IMG/VR virus record: IMGVR_UViG_3300047322_000252
Coordinates: 32,001 to 96,000 of that record
Strand: one strand, 5' to 3'
Source: a virus
DNA: 64,000 nt
Below are positions 9,004 through 19,411 of the stretch, in pieces. The notes under the pieces are model-generated. The model was not told the origin of the DNA, made no database searches, and saw only the letters and a program-made list of their open reading frames with translations. A program made the translations under genes and the position numbers. How positions within the stretch are numbered: the stretch's first letter is position 1; every line of letters begins with the position of its first letter.

Positions 9004-10551
9004 ATGGTCAACAGGGCCGGTTTCATCGTCCAGAACGCCGTCACGGCCGGGGCCAACCTGGACCTGGCTGAGCCTGACGCTCTCGACTTCAACATGCTGG
9101 GCAACATCCGCCACGGTGTGCTTGGTTCGGACCCGAACGCCTGCAAGGTCAGTGTCAATGGATCGAGCTACACGATCACCGTGGCGCCGGGTGTCGCCGT
9201 GGTGGACGGGGCACTCGTGCGGACGGGTGGGACGGTCCCCCTGCCCGGACCCTCCCAGTCACCACGGTTCGATCTGATCACGGTGGATGGGGGCGGGACT
9301 GCCGGTGCCATCGTCGGCACTCCCGACCCGAACCCGGTCTTCCCCGACTACGACGACACGGTGACGGTGCTCGCCGCCATCATGATCCGGCCAGGTGGCA
9401 ACTACCCGCAGGCCGGGGACGTGACCGACAAGCGGCTCATGCTGATGCAGCGGTTCGTGACGGCGGTCAGTGCCGGGTCGCTGCTCCACAACGGCAACCC
9501 GGCCAACCTGGCCCCGCTGTTCGACATTGACTTCAACGGGCGCATGGTGTGGGACGGCGACGGCACGGCGTTGGAGCGCACCAGCACCAAGACCTTGCGG
9601 GTCGGGGACAACCTGGTCGTGGCGGGCACGCTCTCTGCTGCCGCTATCGCAGCGGTCGGGGACCTGAACGTCAGTGGCGACATCATCGCCACCAACTTCC
9701 TCCAGGGCGCTGGTCCCCCTTCGGGCACGGCCACCCTCGGGGACCTCTACAAGAACCTGACTGACGGGTCAATCTGGGCCTACCAGACCACCGGCTGGGT
9801 GCAGCTTTCGACGGTGCCCATCCCTGCCGGTATGACGATGATGGGCTTCATGACCACCGCTCCAGCGGGATGGCTGTTGGTCAACGGCCAGACCATCTCC
9901 AAGGCGGCGTCAGGAGGCCTGTGGGACGCCCGGCCCGACTGGCAGCTTCCTGGTGGCACCCAGATGAAGCTCCCCGACGCCCGGGACTGCTTCTATGGCT
10001 GGGGCGCTCCCGGTGTGAGGTTCGGCAACGTGGCACCCCAGGTGCAGTTGACCGTGGCCAACCTGCCCCCGCACAAGCATCTGGTCAGTCCCACGACGGA
10101 CGCAGGAGGGGCGCACGGCCACACGGTGAGCCAGACCCCGGCTGGGGCGCACAGCCACACCACCGTGCAGCCCAGTGGCGCCCACAACCACTCCATCTAC
10201 GACCCGGGGCACTCGCATCCGCCGCCCCCGGACGCCGACGCCTACGTGACCCGCACCATCGGTGGTGGCCCGAAGCGGCTGCTGGATGGCCCCTGGGACG
10301 TGGGCTTCGATCCGGGTACGGGTGTGAACGTCGATGTGTACCAGCACGGCACCACCGGCATCCAGACCACGACAGCGGGGTCCAACCACGACCACCCCAC
10401 CGACGTTCAGGGCAACCACACCCACGGCTTCGCCATCGATTCCGGGGGCGCAGCGCACTCGCACCCCATCAGCGAGAACACCATCGGCTCTGGGATTCCG
10501 ATCGACATCCGCCCGCCCGCCATGGGCATGTACCTGTTCGTGAAGATCTGA
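9004..10551 (+). CDS. Fibre protein with tail-collar domain and HxH repeats
   Basis: P.GWLL.NGQ...LPDAR...LP.H.H and repeated AH.H motifs. Confidence 0.75.
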   Translation: MVNRAGFIVQNAVTAGANLDLAEPDALDFNMLGNIRHGVLGSDPNACKVSVNGSSYTITVAPGVAVVDGALVRTGGTVPLPGPSQSPRFDLITVDGGGTAGAIVGTPDPNPVFPDYDDTVTVLAAIMIRPGGNYPQAGDVTDKRLMLMQRFVTAVSAGSLLHNGNPANLAPLFDIDFNGRMVWDGDGTALERTSTKTLRVGDNLVVAGTLSAAAIAAVGDLNVSGDIIATNFLQGAGPPSGTATLGDLYKNLTDGSIWAYQTTGWVQLSTVPIPAGMTMMGFMTTAPAGWLLVNGQTISKAASGGLWDARPDWQLPGGTQMKLPDARDCFYGWGAPGVRFGNVAPQVQLTVANLPPHKHLVSPTTDAGGAHGHTVSQTPAGAHSHTTVQPSGAHNHSIYDPGHSHPPPPDADAYVTRTIGGGPKRLLDGPWDVGFDPGTGVNVDVYQHGTTGIQTTTAGSNHDHPTDVQGNHTHGFAIDSGGAAHSHPISENTIGSGIPIDIRPPAMGMYLFVKI

Positions 10552-10697
10552 TGCCCTACCGCAAGCCCGACGAGGGCATCATCCAGCAAGCGGTGGAGCT
10601 TTCCTCCGAGGGGCTGGAGGAGATCCCCTACGCCTCGGAGATCGTGGACAAGGGGCCAGGCGGTCCAGGCCTGGACCCGGAGTGGGAGCCAGCATGA
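10551..10697 (+). CDS. Small hypothetical protein
   Basis: TGATG/ATGA coupling with neighbours (MPYRKPDEG...). Confidence 0.55.
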   Translation: MPYRKPDEGIIQQAVELSSEGLEEIPYASEIVDKGPGGPGLDPEWEPA

Positions 10698-11341
10698 CCG
10701 ACATCGTCGCCCCTGCGGAGTGGTTCGTGCCGCCGTACCCGAAGGCCCTGGTGCCCGACTACTCGGGCTACGCCCCGGGTGCCGTCAGCGGCGCAAGTGG
10801 TGGGACAGGAGCCGCTGACGGCGGGGCATCTTCGCAGGTCCCTACGAGCTACGACCTCTCGTGGGTGGCTGGAGACACCGTCGAGTTCAAGTTCTTCTTC
10901 CCGAACGTGTGCTGGGTGGAGGTTGATCCCGGCTCCACGCAGGCGCTGTGGGAGTACACCACCTGGCGCTCCCAGGTCCGCACGTCACACTATTACTACT
11001 ATGGCTACTGGTGGCCTCCCACTTTCCCGATGGGTGCTCGCATCATGGAGTTCGTCTGCACCGCTGAGTATGTGGAGGACGATCCGGACAAGGGCACTGG
11101 CACCTGGGTCACCCTTCGGGGCGGCACGTCGTGGCCTGGCGACTTCAAGTGGGATCTCCAGTCCGAGGCCCACACCAGCACCCTCGATCCGTACTTCTAC
11201 GAGGCCCACACCTGGTACCAGGGCAACGTCAAGGTGCTGCCCCAATACACCTCACCCACGCTGTACCCGCCGAGCAACTGGCCGGTCTACTCCTTCGACT
11301 CGAACCCCTGGCCGCATCAGGGGCCGTATCTCTACCCGTGA
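10694..11341 (+). CDS. Virion structural protein (hypothetical)
   Basis: GDT...W.SQVR...WDLQ...G.V.V pattern typical of phage BppU-like proteins. Confidence 0.6.
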   Translation: MTDIVAPAEWFVPPYPKALVPDYSGYAPGAVSGASGGTGAADGGASSQVPTSYDLSWVAGDTVEFKFFFPNVCWVEVDPGSTQALWEYTTWRSQVRTSHYYYYGYWWPPTFPMGARIMEFVCTAEYVEDDPDKGTGTWVTLRGGTSWPGDFKWDLQSEAHTSTLDPYFYEAHTWYQGNVKVLPQYTSPTLYPPSNWPVYSFDSNPWPHQGPYLYP

Positions 11342-11350
11342 GGTGAGGAG

Positions 11351-11539
11351 GTGGACATGCAGGTCAGGGTCGATGTCACCGAAGACGAAGGCGTGCGTGT
11401 TACGACAACCTACGGGCCGGTCCTGTTGTCCGTAGTCTTCGACCTGGCCGACGAGGAGGCAGTCATCGACGTCATTCGCCAGGGCTTCGCAGATGCCCGC
11501 AAGCTCCATGAGGAGAAGGTCCATGTGCTCCCCGGCTGA
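11351..11539 (+). CDS. Small hypothetical protein
   Basis: GAGGAG RBS; coding-like composition. Confidence 0.55.
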   Translation: MDMQVRVDVTEDEGVRVTTTYGPVLLSVVFDLADEEAVIDVIRQGFADARKLHEEKVHVLPG

Positions 11540-12326
11540 GATCGCTCAGAAGGTGCGCTACAAGCTGAGGGACTTCGGGCACTACTTCGAGGTGCCCTAC
11601 ACAGCGGCGCCCATCTACACCATGCGGCTGCCTCACCCCCTGGTGGACAAGGACAAGATCACCGTCTGGCAGCCCGACTCCACGGAGATCCCGTCTGGCC
11701 CAGACACCTGGGAACTGGACCAGCGCAACGGCATCATCAAGTTCCGGGACCCCAACACCATCGCTGACGGCGTGGGCGTCTCGGGCTATTACTACGAGTG
11801 GTTCCTGGACGAGGACCTGGAGTACGCCGCTGGCATCATGACCAACCAGCACCTCTACGACTCCGACAAGGCTGACAACGGCAGCGACTTCTCGCCCGTC
11901 GAGTGTGATGTGCTGGCGACCGGCGCTGCGGCTCAGGCGTACTACGCCCTCATGGCCGAACTGTCCCTCGACGTTGATGTCTCAACACCAGAGGGCATCA
12001 GCATCCCCGCTACGCAGCGCTTTCGCCAGGCGACGGAGATGGCGGGGCACCTCGCCCAGGTCTACACCGACGAGGCAGCCATGCTGGGTGTGGGCCTCAA
12101 CAAGGTGGAGCAGTTCTGGTTGCGCCGGGTGGCCTACCTCACCAACCGCCTCGTGCCCATCCTGCGGGAGCGGGAAGTGGATGATCCCCATCCTCCGCTG
12201 CGACTGCTGCCGCCCATCCCTGCGGGCCTCCAGGACGGCGAGGGCGACGCCGTCTACATGCCTGAGCCGCCTGGTGGCATCGGCTACGGCGGCTGGACCA
12301 CTCTCGGTACGAGTGGGTTGCCATGA
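11523..12326 (+). CDS. Putative head-tail adaptor/neck protein
   Basis: Position; DVSTPEG.SIP..QRF motif. Confidence 0.6.
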   Translation: MCSPAEIAQKVRYKLRDFGHYFEVPYTAAPIYTMRLPHPLVDKDKITVWQPDSTEIPSGPDTWELDQRNGIIKFRDPNTIADGVGVSGYYYEWFLDEDLEYAAGIMTNQHLYDSDKADNGSDFSPVECDVLATGAAAQAYYALMAELSLDVDVSTPEGISIPATQRFRQATEMAGHLAQVYTDEAAMLGVGLNKVEQFWLRRVAYLTNRLVPILREREVDDPHPPLRLLPPIPAGLQDGEGDAVYMPEPPGGIGYGGWTTLGTSGLP

Positions 12327-12862
12327 TCGACACCCGCCGAGAGGCCGCTCACATCGCCAGGGAGATGGCTCGTTATCACAACGAGATCGGTGAGGCCGTC
12401 ATCTGGTTCAAGTTCGACACCGAGAACAGCCACTATGACCGGGTCTACAACGAGGGGGGCAAGGCCTGGAGGCGGGGCCTGAGCGTAGCCACGCTGTGGA
12501 TCGACCAGGGCGAGGCTCCGGAGCAGTACCTCCCCGAGGGGCGCCGTCCCTACGTGACGCTGCGCTTCGCCGTGTCGGCGGTGGCCCTCATGGAGTCGGG
12601 CGTCGGCCAGCAAGAGGCCCACGGCCATCGGGTCTGGGACCAGGGCCTGCTCCAGGACTTCTGGATGGACGACCGGAACAACGACGTCGTGTACTACGAC
12701 GGGCGATACTGGGAGGTGTCCAACTTCCAGATCCGGGGCCGCATCCAGGTGGACACCGTGGTCGGGGTGACCTGCACCGAGACGTACCCCGAGGATGAGT
12801 ACACCTTCGACTTCCCGCCCAACACTCGACCTCCGGTGCTCAACCCTCTGAGGGAGGACTGA
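12323..12862 (+). CDS. Putative head-closure/stopper protein
   Basis: Position; D.V.YDGRYWEV pattern. Confidence 0.55.
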   Translation: MIDTRREAAHIAREMARYHNEIGEAVIWFKFDTENSHYDRVYNEGGKAWRRGLSVATLWIDQGEAPEQYLPEGRRPYVTLRFAVSAVALMESGVGQQEAHGHRVWDQGLLQDFWMDDRNNDVVYYDGRYWEVSNFQIRGRIQVDTVVGVTCTETYPEDEYTFDFPPNTRPPVLNPLRED

Positions 12863-13800
12863 TGGCTGCCCCCGGCTCCGCTACCGCAACGGTCTGGCCC
12901 GACTGGGCCAACGGCTTCGACAACTGGCGTGAGCAGGACGCCGAATGGCTGCGCAACCGCATCGTCAGCCCCTTCCCTGATGTCGCAACACGTGACACCA
13001 TCATGAACCCGGTGGCCAAGAGCTTCGGCATGATGTCGATCCTCCAGGCGGGGTCGGTGGCCGGGGCGCCGGACTTCTGGAACGGGGCGGCGTGGGAGTC
13101 CATTCGGTACCCCAACCTGAACGTCACCTCGGACGCCACCAGCGTCACGTTGAAGCGCCAGGGAGCGGGGTCCGGCATCCAGTTGATGAACGACGGCTCC
13201 GTGAACACGGTGAAGAACGTCGTCGGCACAGGTGGCATCGGCTACGTGGGGGACACCACCGGCATCTCCATGAAGATCGGCGCCAAGACGGTCAAGTTGG
13301 CCACCGATGCCACCCAGTTGACCATCGACTCCCCCGTCTCGATCGCTGGGGGACTGACACTGACAGGCGCCCTTAGCGTAAATAGCGTAAATGTGACGGC
13401 GGGGCTGACCGTGGGGGGCACCCTCGGCGCTCAGGCCATCACGGCGACCACGCTCACGGCCAGCGGCCTGGTGGCGGGTGGCAGTGTCAATGGTGGAGAT
13501 GCACAGTTGGCGACGGTGGGCATCTTCGGTGTGCTGCGTCATCGCAGTGGCGGCACCGGGGTGGTGAGCGTGGGGTCGGACTCCACGTTGAAGATCGATG
13601 GGGCGAGCCTCGCCGTCAACCCGCCGACCACTTTCGCTGGCACGATCACGGCCAATGGGGTGACCAACTTCGTGGGGCAGCCCAACTTGGCCATCACAGG
13701 CAAGACGTCGGTCATGGTGGCGGGCATCGTCGCCGTGGCGGGCAACACGCCACCAGGGTCGCTGAACGCCCCTGACGGAACCTTGTACGTCACCTACTAG
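12862..13800 (+). CDS. Virion fibre-like protein
   Basis: G/T/V-rich beta-repeat sequence; C-terminal APDGTLYV. Confidence 0.6.
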   Translation: MAAPGSATATVWPDWANGFDNWREQDAEWLRNRIVSPFPDVATRDTIMNPVAKSFGMMSILQAGSVAGAPDFWNGAAWESIRYPNLNVTSDATSVTLKRQGAGSGIQLMNDGSVNTVKNVVGTGGIGYVGDTTGISMKIGAKTVKLATDATQLTIDSPVSIAGGLTLTGALSVNSVNVTAGLTVGGTLGAQAITATTLTASGLVAGGSVNGGDAQLATVGIFGVLRHRSGGTGVVSVGSDSTLKIDGASLAVNPPTTFAGTITANGVTNFVGQPNLAITGKTSVMVAGIVAVAGNTPPGSLNAPDGTLYVTY

Positions 13801-13808
13801 GAGGACCC

Positions 13809-14033
13809 ATGAGCGACAAGATCTACTTCCCGCCCGAAGGCACCGACAACCCGCCCGACCCCGAGACTGGTCGGGTCATGGCGGCGCTGGACGCCATCGA
13901 GGCTCGCCTCATCCAGGAGGTCGAAGGCCTCTTCGTCCAACTCGGCGCCAAGGCCGAGGGCGTCAAGGCCCGGCTCGATGCCATCATGGCCAACGTCGAT
14001 GCCAAGATTGACGAGATCGCCGCTCGTCGCTGA
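13809..14033 (+). CDS. Small coiled-coil hypothetical protein
   Basis: GGAGGA RBS; helical sequence. Confidence 0.65.
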   Translation: MSDKIYFPPEGTDNPPDPETGRVMAALDAIEARLIQEVEGLFVQLGAKAEGVKARLDAIMANVDAKIDEIAARR

Positions 14034-15757
14034 TGACCGTCTCGGTCCGCAACGCCGCAGCGTGGCAGACGTCACCGGCTGGGCGCCTGCTGTACATCCG
14101 GGTCAACGGGGCCTGGCGGATGTGCCTCGACGCCTGGATCAGGGGCACGCCCACGCCGGGGGCTGTAGCGCTGCCTGTGGGGACCTTCCTCGACCCGTTC
14201 GACAACGTGTCGGCTTGGAGCGCAGGTGCCAGCGTGGCCGGGGGTCGCACCGGCAACGGCTACCAGGGCACCAGTCTCTCGATCGGTAACGGTGGTGGCA
14301 CGCATGCCATCCCTGCTGGCCAGCAGGGCGACACCATCACGGTGGGCTTCGCCGCCAAGTTCACCACGCTCGCCGCCGACAACAACGTGCTCTGCTTCTA
14401 CGGCGATGCTGGGGCCACGCTGCATGTCGCTGTGCAGTTGGGCAATGCCCGGGACATCTTCGTGTGGCGGGGCGCCAGCGCTGCTCTTCTGGGCAACACG
14501 AGCAGTGGCACCGCCTACCCGGCTGCGGGCACCTGGTTCTACTGCGAGGTGCAGGTCAAGGTCCATGACACACAGGGCACGGTCGTCGTTCGGATCAACG
14601 GCACTGTGGTGCTGAACCTCATCAATCAGGACACGAAGAACGCTGGGACCGGCACCGTCATCGACACCGTGCGGCTGACCAGCGGGCACTCGGCCAACGG
14701 CGGCATCATCGATGACTTCTACCTGGCTCCAGGGGCTGCCTTCCTGGGTGACATCAACGCCAGCAGCCCGCCGAGCAATCCGCCGACGTCAGCAGACAGC
14801 ATCTGGCACAAGGTGGCCGACTACAGCGCTCCGGGTATGACGGCGCCCACCAACCTGCGGATGTACCCGGATGCGCCCTCGAACTACGGCGCTCACTCCA
14901 GTTTCCAGGTGGCGTGGGACTGGACGCTGCCCACCAATGGGCTGAACGTGGGTGACTTCCAAGTTGTGTTAACAGACTCGGCGGGGAACTGGTACCCCGG
15001 CTACCCCGTCTCGGTGGCTGCCGGGAGTCGCACCTACAACTTCACCGGGCTGAACCAGAACACGCAGTACCAGGCGTACGTGAAGGCCCGCTATGCCAGC
15101 GGTGGCCGGGCTGACTCGGCGTGGGCGGGACCGCTGCGGTGGAAGACCGGCGCTGACAGCTACGTCGTCTATGACATCCCGGTCTACGACTGGCGCAACG
15201 AGTTCGAGTACACGCCGCCCTACTACTACACCTACACGTCGGCGGCGCTGGGCGACGGCAGCACGTGGGGCTTCGGCAAGGCCATCGACGGTAACTTCTC
15301 CAGTTACTGGAACTCCGACGTCGTCACCGAACCGCTGGGGTCCACCCAAGGTGAGGGCTGGATGGTGCAGGCCCCCAGCGTTGATGGCAACGGCAACAGC
15401 TACCTCTTCACCGGCATCCGTGCGTGGACCATCAACCCGCACACGTGGTGGATCGGCATCTACTACAACAACGCCTGGCAGGGCGGGAACACCGTCTACA
15501 ACGGCAAGTACACCTCATTCCGTGTCCCTTACGCCGTGGGTGTCGATCAGGGGGCGGCGGGGACGAATCCCACCATCCGGCCCGGCAACTACCAGACCAA
15601 CTCGGGCATCTTCGTCGCTGGCCTCATGCAGGTCCCCGGGTATGACGGGTACAACTGGCGCATGGAGATGATCGAGCTTCGGCTATTACTCATGCAATGG
15701 ACACTGGTGGCGTACAACCCTCGGACGGTGGCGGCGGTCAACTCGGGGCCGTGGTAG
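14033..15757 (+). CDS. Virion protein with lectin-like and fibronectin type III domains
   Basis: FN3 signature APTNL...VAW...TGL..NTQY...V.A; ConA-like WFYCEV...VRING. Confidence 0.7.
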   Translation: MTVSVRNAAAWQTSPAGRLLYIRVNGAWRMCLDAWIRGTPTPGAVALPVGTFLDPFDNVSAWSAGASVAGGRTGNGYQGTSLSIGNGGGTHAIPAGQQGDTITVGFAAKFTTLAADNNVLCFYGDAGATLHVAVQLGNARDIFVWRGASAALLGNTSSGTAYPAAGTWFYCEVQVKVHDTQGTVVVRINGTVVLNLINQDTKNAGTGTVIDTVRLTSGHSANGGIIDDFYLAPGAAFLGDINASSPPSNPPTSADSIWHKVADYSAPGMTAPTNLRMYPDAPSNYGAHSSFQVAWDWTLPTNGLNVGDFQVVLTDSAGNWYPGYPVSVAAGSRTYNFTGLNQNTQYQAYVKARYASGGRADSAWAGPLRWKTGADSYVVYDIPVYDWRNEFEYTPPYYYTYTSAALGDGSTWGFGKAIDGNFSSYWNSDVVTEPLGSTQGEGWMVQAPSVDGNGNSYLFTGIRAWTINPHTWWIGIYYNNAWQGGNTVYNGKYTSFRVPYAVGVDQGAAGTNPTIRPGNYQTNSGIFVAGLMQVPGYDGYNWRMEMIELRLLLMQWTLVAYNPRTVAAVNSGPW

Positions 15758-15966
15758 CCCCTCCAGAGTCGATCGAGCAGGTGGTGATCCGGCACCTCGG
15801 TGTCTCGCTGGCGCAGACTCAGGTGGACCTGGCCTTCGCTCTGGGCCGGAACGCTCTGGCCAAGGAGATGGTCAAGCGGTTCATGGACATAGCGCACGAC
15901 GACCCGGACGGCTCCGTGCTCGTGTCCCTCCCCATGCTGGGTACCCTCTACGGCGCTCTGGGCTGA
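15751..15966 (+). CDS. Small hypothetical protein
   Basis: GTG overlapping upstream stop. Confidence 0.5.
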   Translation: MVAPPESIEQVVIRHLGVSLAQTQVDLAFALGRNALAKEMVKRFMDIAHDDPDGSVLVSLPMLGTLYGALG

Positions 15967-16032
15967 GCTACGCTCCCGGCGTCGGCACCCACGCTGGGTC
16001 CGGCCCACTTGCCCAGAACAGGAGAGCCGCCC

Positions 16033-16416
16033 ATGGTGGTGCCCTCGAACCACGTCTACGTGAAGGGTGGCGGCGAACTTGTTGACGCTCTCCTGGATGT
16101 GGTGGAACGGGCAGCGACTGTTGTCACACAGTCGGCCCAAGAGGCGATCGAGGACCAGCACTCCCGGATGCAGGCGGCAGCGGCGCAGGACCCCCGGTGG
16201 GCCACCATGGCCCCGGACATCCAGTACTGGGCTGACGAGGACGGGGACCTGGCCTATGGCGTGCCCTGGCACAACCGCAGCTACGAGCAGGCGGTGCGGG
16301 TCGAGTACGGCGACACCGTGGACGCTCCCATCCCGCTCATCCGCATGGGCGTGCTCAACGGGGTGACCCAGATGGGCTGGTCCATGCGCCAGGCGTTCAT
16401 GGAGAACGGGTTCTGA
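16033..16416 (+). CDS. Putative neck/tail completion protein
   Basis: AGGAGA RBS; EYG motif; upstream of tail terminator-like gene. Confidence 0.55.
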   Translation: MVVPSNHVYVKGGGELVDALLDVVERAATVVTQSAQEAIEDQHSRMQAAAAQDPRWATMAPDIQYWADEDGDLAYGVPWHNRSYEQAVRVEYGDTVDAPIPLIRMGVLNGVTQMGWSMRQAFMENGF

Positions 16417-17213
16417 TGGCTTCGGCTCGCACCCCCGCCCGCCCTCGCAAGGCACCCCCGCCGCCGCCCATCTACCCCGAGCACGTCGGGTTCCTCCTGG
16501 CTGAGGAAGACGCCTTGAAGGAGATGCTGGAGGCCACGGTGAGGTTGCCGGACGGCCGGGGCACCGAGAAGCCGGTGCGCACCTGGTTCCGCTTCCCCGA
16601 CTCGGCCACGCAGATCACCTACCCGTACATCACCATCGACCTCATCGGGATCGAACCGGCCTACGACCTGTGGCACTCGGAGTACGCCCTCTACCGGGAC
16701 TCCGAGGTGGAGGAGGACTCGAACACCGGGGAGGTGTCCGGCCACCGGCTGTACGACCCCTCCACGTCGCCCAACATCGGGCTGACCGATCAGGACCCGC
16801 CCGACTTCTTCTTGCGGCGCAACTATCTCCAGTACCGCCTCTTCTTCCAACTGGGCCTGTGGTGTGACAACGTCGCCCACGACCGCATCCTGACGGCCCG
16901 CATGTTCAGGGACATCGTCATGCCCCACCCCTCGTGGCTGCACTGCCCGGCCGATGGGGTGTGGAAGCGCATGGAGACGATCTCGTGGACCCCGGCCGAC
17001 ATCCCCTCGCAGGAGGGTGCCTCCAAGCGCATCTTCCGCAAGATCTACACCATCTCGGTGCAGACCGACATCCCGCAGGATCGGCTCGAACACCTGACGC
17101 TCCAGCCTCGCATCAAGAAGCTGCTGCTGCGGATGACGGACCAGCGAACAGGCGCTCAGGTACTACCCGAGGACACTGCCCAGCAATGGGAAACACTGCA
17201 TGACTGGACCTAG
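16416..17213 (+). CDS. Putative tail terminator protein
   Basis: V..WFRFPD...YPYITIDL, D.ILT motifs; directly upstream of sheath. Confidence 0.6.
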   Translation: MASARTPARPRKAPPPPPIYPEHVGFLLAEEDALKEMLEATVRLPDGRGTEKPVRTWFRFPDSATQITYPYITIDLIGIEPAYDLWHSEYALYRDSEVEEDSNTGEVSGHRLYDPSTSPNIGLTDQDPPDFFLRRNYLQYRLFFQLGLWCDNVAHDRILTARMFRDIVMPHPSWLHCPADGVWKRMETISWTPADIPSQEGASKRIFRKIYTISVQTDIPQDRLEHLTLQPRIKKLLLRMTDQRTGAQVLPEDTAQQWETLHDWT

Positions 17214-17222
17214 GAGGTCAAC

Positions 17223-18839
17223 GTGAGTGACTACCGCCGACCGGGGGTGTACCTGGAGGAAGTCCTCCAGACCTCTCCGAACCAGACAGGTACGGCCAAC
17301 GCCGTTGCTGTCTTCGCAGGGGTGGCCCCCAAGGGACCAGCCAACGTCGCTACCAGGGTGGACTCCTGGGCCGACTATGCCCAGCAGTTCGGGGGCTTCG
17401 ACACGGTGACGGTCACGGACGGGACTGCTCCTGCCGTGGATTCGACGCTGTTGTCATATCTCCCCTACGCCGTCTTCTCGTATTACCAGAACGGGGGCCG
17501 GGTCGCCTACATCGTGCGGGTGCTGCCCACCGCTGGCGGGTCCGGGGGCACGATCGCCAAGAACCCGGTGATGGACGCTGCCACCCCCACGCCCAAGGAG
17601 GTGTTCACCGTCCAGGCCAACGGTGTGGGCAACTGGGCCGAGGACCTGCAAGTGGTTCTCGCCACCACGGTTGCGGCCTCGGCTGCCACAGGCAACCACT
17701 CGATCTTCTCCCTCCAGGTGCGCCGTATCTCGACCGGCCAGGTCTTGGAGACGTTCACCAACCTTTCGATGACCGGGGTGGCGGGTACCCGACCTGCGCT
17801 GGCAGCGATCAACGATCCGCTGGCCGGGTCGGCGTACATCACAGCGGTGGCGCCTGCGGTCGCCAATCCCACAGGCGACCCCGCTCCAGCGACGGTTCCG
17901 TTGCTGAACGGGAGCGACCCAGGCACCCCACTGGCTGCCGACCTCGTGGCCACGCCCGTCACGGACGCCATGCGGACGATCGACGCTCCTCTGCTGGTGT
18001 CGTTCCAGCCCTTCCGCAAGGCCGATGGCACCTACGTGGTGCCCCCGGCGCAGAACGTCTCGACGGCGCTCAACCAGGGCCGGGTGAACTGCTTCGTCAT
18101 CTGGGACGGCGAGGCGGCGAGTACGGGCTACGTCGCCAAGGTGACCGCCCGAGCGCAGTCGATCTCCAACAGCGACTCGTACAACGCCATCTACTGCCCC
18201 TGGATCACGGTGCCGGACCCTGCTCGTGCCGGGGGCACCATCAACATCCCGCCGTCTGGCTCTGTGCAGGGTGTGATGGCCCGCATGGACGCCACGGTCG
18301 GACCCTGGCGGTCGGCAGCCGGTCTTCCGGCTGGGTTGGCGACAGCGGTAGCGACCGAGGTGAAGTTCTCCGACACCGACCTGGGGTCGCTGAACAACGC
18401 CAACATCAACGTGATCCGGGCGGTGCAGGGCCAGGGCATCTGCATCATGGGTGCCCGCACCCGCAAGATGTACGGCCCGGATCGGTTCGTGGGTGACCGG
18501 CGCACCCTCATCTTCATCGAGGACAGCTTGAAGTTGTCAACACAGTATGCGGTCTTTGAGAATAACGACCAGCGACTGTGGACGGCGCTGAGGAACACCG
18601 CTCAGCAGATCCTCCAGCCCGTCTGGGAGCGGGGTGGCCTGGCTGGGAGCACTGCTGCCGAGGCCTACTACATCACCTGCGACAAGACGCTCAACAACCC
18701 GCAGGTCGTCCAGTCCGGAGAGGTGCGCATGGAAGTCGGCGTGGCCCTCCAGTACCCCGCCGAGTTCGTGGTCATCCGGGTCAGCCAGTTCGACTCCGGG
18801 GCCTCGGTCGCCGCTGAGTTCGCCACCCAAGCCGCATAG
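17223..18839 (+). CDS. Tail sheath protein
   Basis: RPGVYLEE, PPSG.V.G, GART, FE.ND..LW, YPAEFVVI. Confidence 0.95.
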   Translation: MSDYRRPGVYLEEVLQTSPNQTGTANAVAVFAGVAPKGPANVATRVDSWADYAQQFGGFDTVTVTDGTAPAVDSTLLSYLPYAVFSYYQNGGRVAYIVRVLPTAGGSGGTIAKNPVMDAATPTPKEVFTVQANGVGNWAEDLQVVLATTVAASAATGNHSIFSLQVRRISTGQVLETFTNLSMTGVAGTRPALAAINDPLAGSAYITAVAPAVANPTGDPAPATVPLLNGSDPGTPLAADLVATPVTDAMRTIDAPLLVSFQPFRKADGTYVVPPAQNVSTALNQGRVNCFVIWDGEAASTGYVAKVTARAQSISNSDSYNAIYCPWITVPDPARAGGTINIPPSGSVQGVMARMDATVGPWRSAAGLPAGLATAVATEVKFSDTDLGSLNNANINVIRAVQGQGICIMGARTRKMYGPDRFVGDRRTLIFIEDSLKLSTQYAVFENNDQRLWTALRNTAQQILQPVWERGGLAGSTAAEAYYITCDKTLNNPQVVQSGEVRMEVGVALQYPAEFVVIRVSQFDSGASVAAEFATQAA

Positions 18840-18847
18840 GAGGAGAC

Positions 18848-19411
18848 ATGCCCTACGACGTGCGGTCCCGCACCGACCCGATGAGGAACTTCAAGTTCCA
18901 GGTGCAGATCATCCATCCCACCCTGCAATCCGCCGTCGCCAACATGGGCTTCACCAACGTGGCCGGTCTGAACATGACCACAGAGGCGATTCCCTACCGA
19001 GAAGGCGGGTGGAACACCAACCCGCACAAGCTGCCGGGGCAGACGGACTTCGGTCCGCTCACGCTCATCCAGGGGGTGATGTACACCACGCCGGGCATGT
19101 GGTTGCTGGCGAAGAACATCTTCGCCGTGCAGTGGGGTGGTGGCACGCTCGCTGCCGACACCCAGTTCCGGTTCACCACCGTCATACGGGTGCTTGATCA
19201 CCCGATCACGGTGGGGGCGGCGTCAGGCTCGCCTGCGGCGTCCTACCCACCGGACGGCGCCCGGCTGGCGTTCGTGGCGTACAACTGCTGGGTGGGGTCG
19301 GTCGCTTACAACGACCTCGACGCCATGGGCAACGCCGTGCTCATCAGCCAGATGACCATGCACCACGAGGGCTTCGACACCCTCTTCGGCCAGGATGCGA
19401 TCGCCGCCTGA
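18848..19411 (+). CDS. Tail tube protein (T4 gp19-like)
   Basis: DP.RNFKF, YREGG...KLPG, HEG motifs. Confidence 0.93.
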   Translation: MPYDVRSRTDPMRNFKFQVQIIHPTLQSAVANMGFTNVAGLNMTTEAIPYREGGWNTNPHKLPGQTDFGPLTLIQGVMYTTPGMWLLAKNIFAVQWGGGTLAADTQFRFTTVIRVLDHPITVGAASGSPAASYPPDGARLAFVAYNCWVGSVAYNDLDAMGNAVLISQMTMHHEGFDTLFGQDAIAA

